A DNA stretch of 63,349 nucleotides, counting the filler, from Albugo candida (lineage: Eukaryota): NCBI GenBank assembly GCA_040437565.1. It is 56 parts of 56 records of this genome, joined end to end, with 100 filler letters (N's around TTAATTAATTAA, not from the genome) between each part and the next. Parts side by side here need not be neighbours in the genome. Positions count along the whole stretch, not along the records: positions 61,239 to 62,245 come from JBDOQK010000758.1; positions 62,346 to 63,349 come from JBDOQK010000759.1; 54 more parts are not named here. The stretch is one strand, 5' to 3'. This document shows positions 61,638 through 63,349 of this stretch, piece by piece (position 1 is the first letter of the stretch; every line of letters begins with the position of its first letter). A model generated the notes under the pieces. That model did not search any database and was not told the DNA's origin. It was given only the letters and a program-made list of their open reading frames with translations. The translations under genes were made by a program, and so were the position numbers.

Positions 61638-62245
61638 ATGGCAGACAAGATTGACGGCAAAGGCCAGCGGGGAGGGCTTCGCACGCGGGGCAAGCGAGGG
61701 GGACGGAATTTTTCACCGGCGAGCGCTGCGGCAGCCTCCGCTGAAGTGGCGAACGGCAGCGCACACGCGCAAGGACCGTCGAATCTTGGCAGCAACGGTA
61801 CTCGAGTGCAGATGGCGCACCCGCTGTCCGAGGCGAACCATCTGCAAGCGATGGCGAACGCGTCTTCCCGCGTTCCGCCGCGGCAGCAGGCCGCCACGGC
61901 ACGGGACGAAATGAACTCCATCGCGGCGCGCACTGCGGAACGTGAGCTTCCGCTATATGAGGCGCGTGCCCTTCTTGCTCAGCTCCATGAGCGAGTCGCC
62001 AGTATCGCTTCGATCTCCGATCCGCAGCAGCAGGGCCTCGTTGGTTCGATCTGGGGGGACCTGGCTCGCTGCGACGAGAAAATTGCGCAGGCGCAGGGGC
62101 ATCAGCGCTCGCTTGAGGGCGAAGGCGAAGATGCGCGGCGGACGCTGGACGATGTGCGAACGGCTGTCGCTGCGCTCGAGGCCGACGTGGCGCGTGCCAC
62201 CGCCGAGCTCGAGACGGAGAAGCGTGCCGCCGCGGGGCTCGCGGC
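61638..62245 (+). CDS. Hypothetical coiled-coil protein from a GC-rich genome (3' truncated)
   Basis: ATG at 61638, basic N-terminus (RGKRGGR), Ala/Glu heptads; open to the contig end. Confidence 0.55.
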
Positions 62246-63349
62246 NNNNNNNNNNNNNNNNNNNNNNNNNNNNNNNNNNNNNNNNNNNNTTAATTAATTA
62301 ANNNNNNNNNNNNNNNNNNNNNNNNNNNNNNNNNNNNNNNNNNNNCATATATGGTATTCAAGATAGCCAAGGCAACTAGAGAAGTTAGTCTAATTCTAGT
62401 AACATAGACACCTTCAACTGAGCTGGGGTGGACCGCTAGTATGTTCACTATAGATCACGGGTACACACTCGAGTTACTATTGTTCATCGTGTCGGGTTAG
62501 TAATGGTTACGCTTGGGCTCGCTTTGGGCTGGTAAGCATATACACTGTATACAGTCTGGCACTTTCTGGCAAGTAATGAAATTATTGCGCAATTTTGCTT
62601 TTCTCGTTTGAGAAATTTGGTAGATCGTAACAATTGCTACAAGTATGCAAATAGATTCTGGCTATTTTGCACTTCGGTCGATTATGTCTTTGATCATCAC
62701 AAAAAAGAATAGAAAGGAGGAGTAATATTCATGGTGCAGGGACCCAAATTCCGCAATGCTTTACCCATATGTTGAGTGCAAATAGTTTGGTAAGTATGCG
62801 ATGATAGCGTAAAAAAATGTTACCAGGTTTAAATATCAGAAGGCTCACGTCATGTGAATATCGTCAACATCTGATAATGCTGACAGCATTCCATGTGAAG
62901 TACGGTATTTGTAGGTGTCTGCGTGGTTGTATTTATGAGTACAATAACTTCGCCGAGCGCCGAAGGAAAATAGCGCGTGCTGAATTGTCAAATAAAGAGC
63001 ATCAGTGATTCCGTCTGTTATGTTTATCCTTACTGCTACTGAATTCGGAAGAATATCATCAGACGAGGTCCTTTAGATTATGCCCTCGACTACGGATGTT
63101 CTTAAAAGAGGACTGATCAAATGTGCATCACAATGATTCGGACGTGTCAGCACTCTCCAGTATTTGAATCACTTCTCTTTTGTAGAGTGTTTATTGTTCC
63201 GACTCGTTACTTTTTCTTCCAAGGAAGTCGAAGCAACCTCGCAGCTCGCAAACAATGCACTCATCTGTCTCTGCTTCGGTGGATATCTTGAATATTAGGA
63301 CTAGGATCGACAATAAAAAGGGCCATTCCTATTTTATTGTGTTTGTTTA

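Noticed and set aside
62346..63349. Possible tRNA-like or coding sequence
   Set aside because: No cloverleaf or convincing ORF found.

Overview
This window is not one locus. It is a concatenation of 56 unrelated contigs of about 1 kb, sorted by decreasing length (1059 down to 1004 bp). They are joined by an artificial 100-nt linker (44 N + TTAATTAATTAA + 44 N, which has stops in all six frames). Gene neighbourhood therefore means nothing across linkers, and almost every gene is a fragment. At least three sources are inferred from composition and gene style. (i) An AT-rich eukaryote with short introns, most like Mucoromycota fungi: Mph1/FANCM helicase, Tfc4, SPRTN, phospholipase D, F-box, GH5 endoglycoceramidase-like, PD-(D/E)XK-like families, and Ty3/Gypsy, MULE and Harbinger elements. 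(ii) Oomycete-like DNA of intermediate GC: Copia and chromodomain Gypsy elements, SAH hydrolase, GBP, RCC1, tRNA-Lys and tRNA-Gly. (iii) A high-GC bacterium, possibly an alphaproteobacterium: a DprE1/DprE2-like pair, a tnsA-orf-tnsB-like transposon fragment, and a GIY-YIG gene followed by a lipoprotein. No complete novel system can be demonstrated from 1-kb fragments. The best leads are a coiled-coil-like antisense ORF overlapping a chromovirus integrase tail, a Tn7-like tnsA/60-aa orf/tnsB arrangement, a heptad-repeat gene with six in-frame TAA at the Gln position, a SPRTN gene with two GC-AG introns, a GIY-YIG/Trypco2-like lipoprotein pair, a 169-bp satellite and several small inverted-repeat elements. 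All family assignments come from reading motifs by eye, not from database searches.
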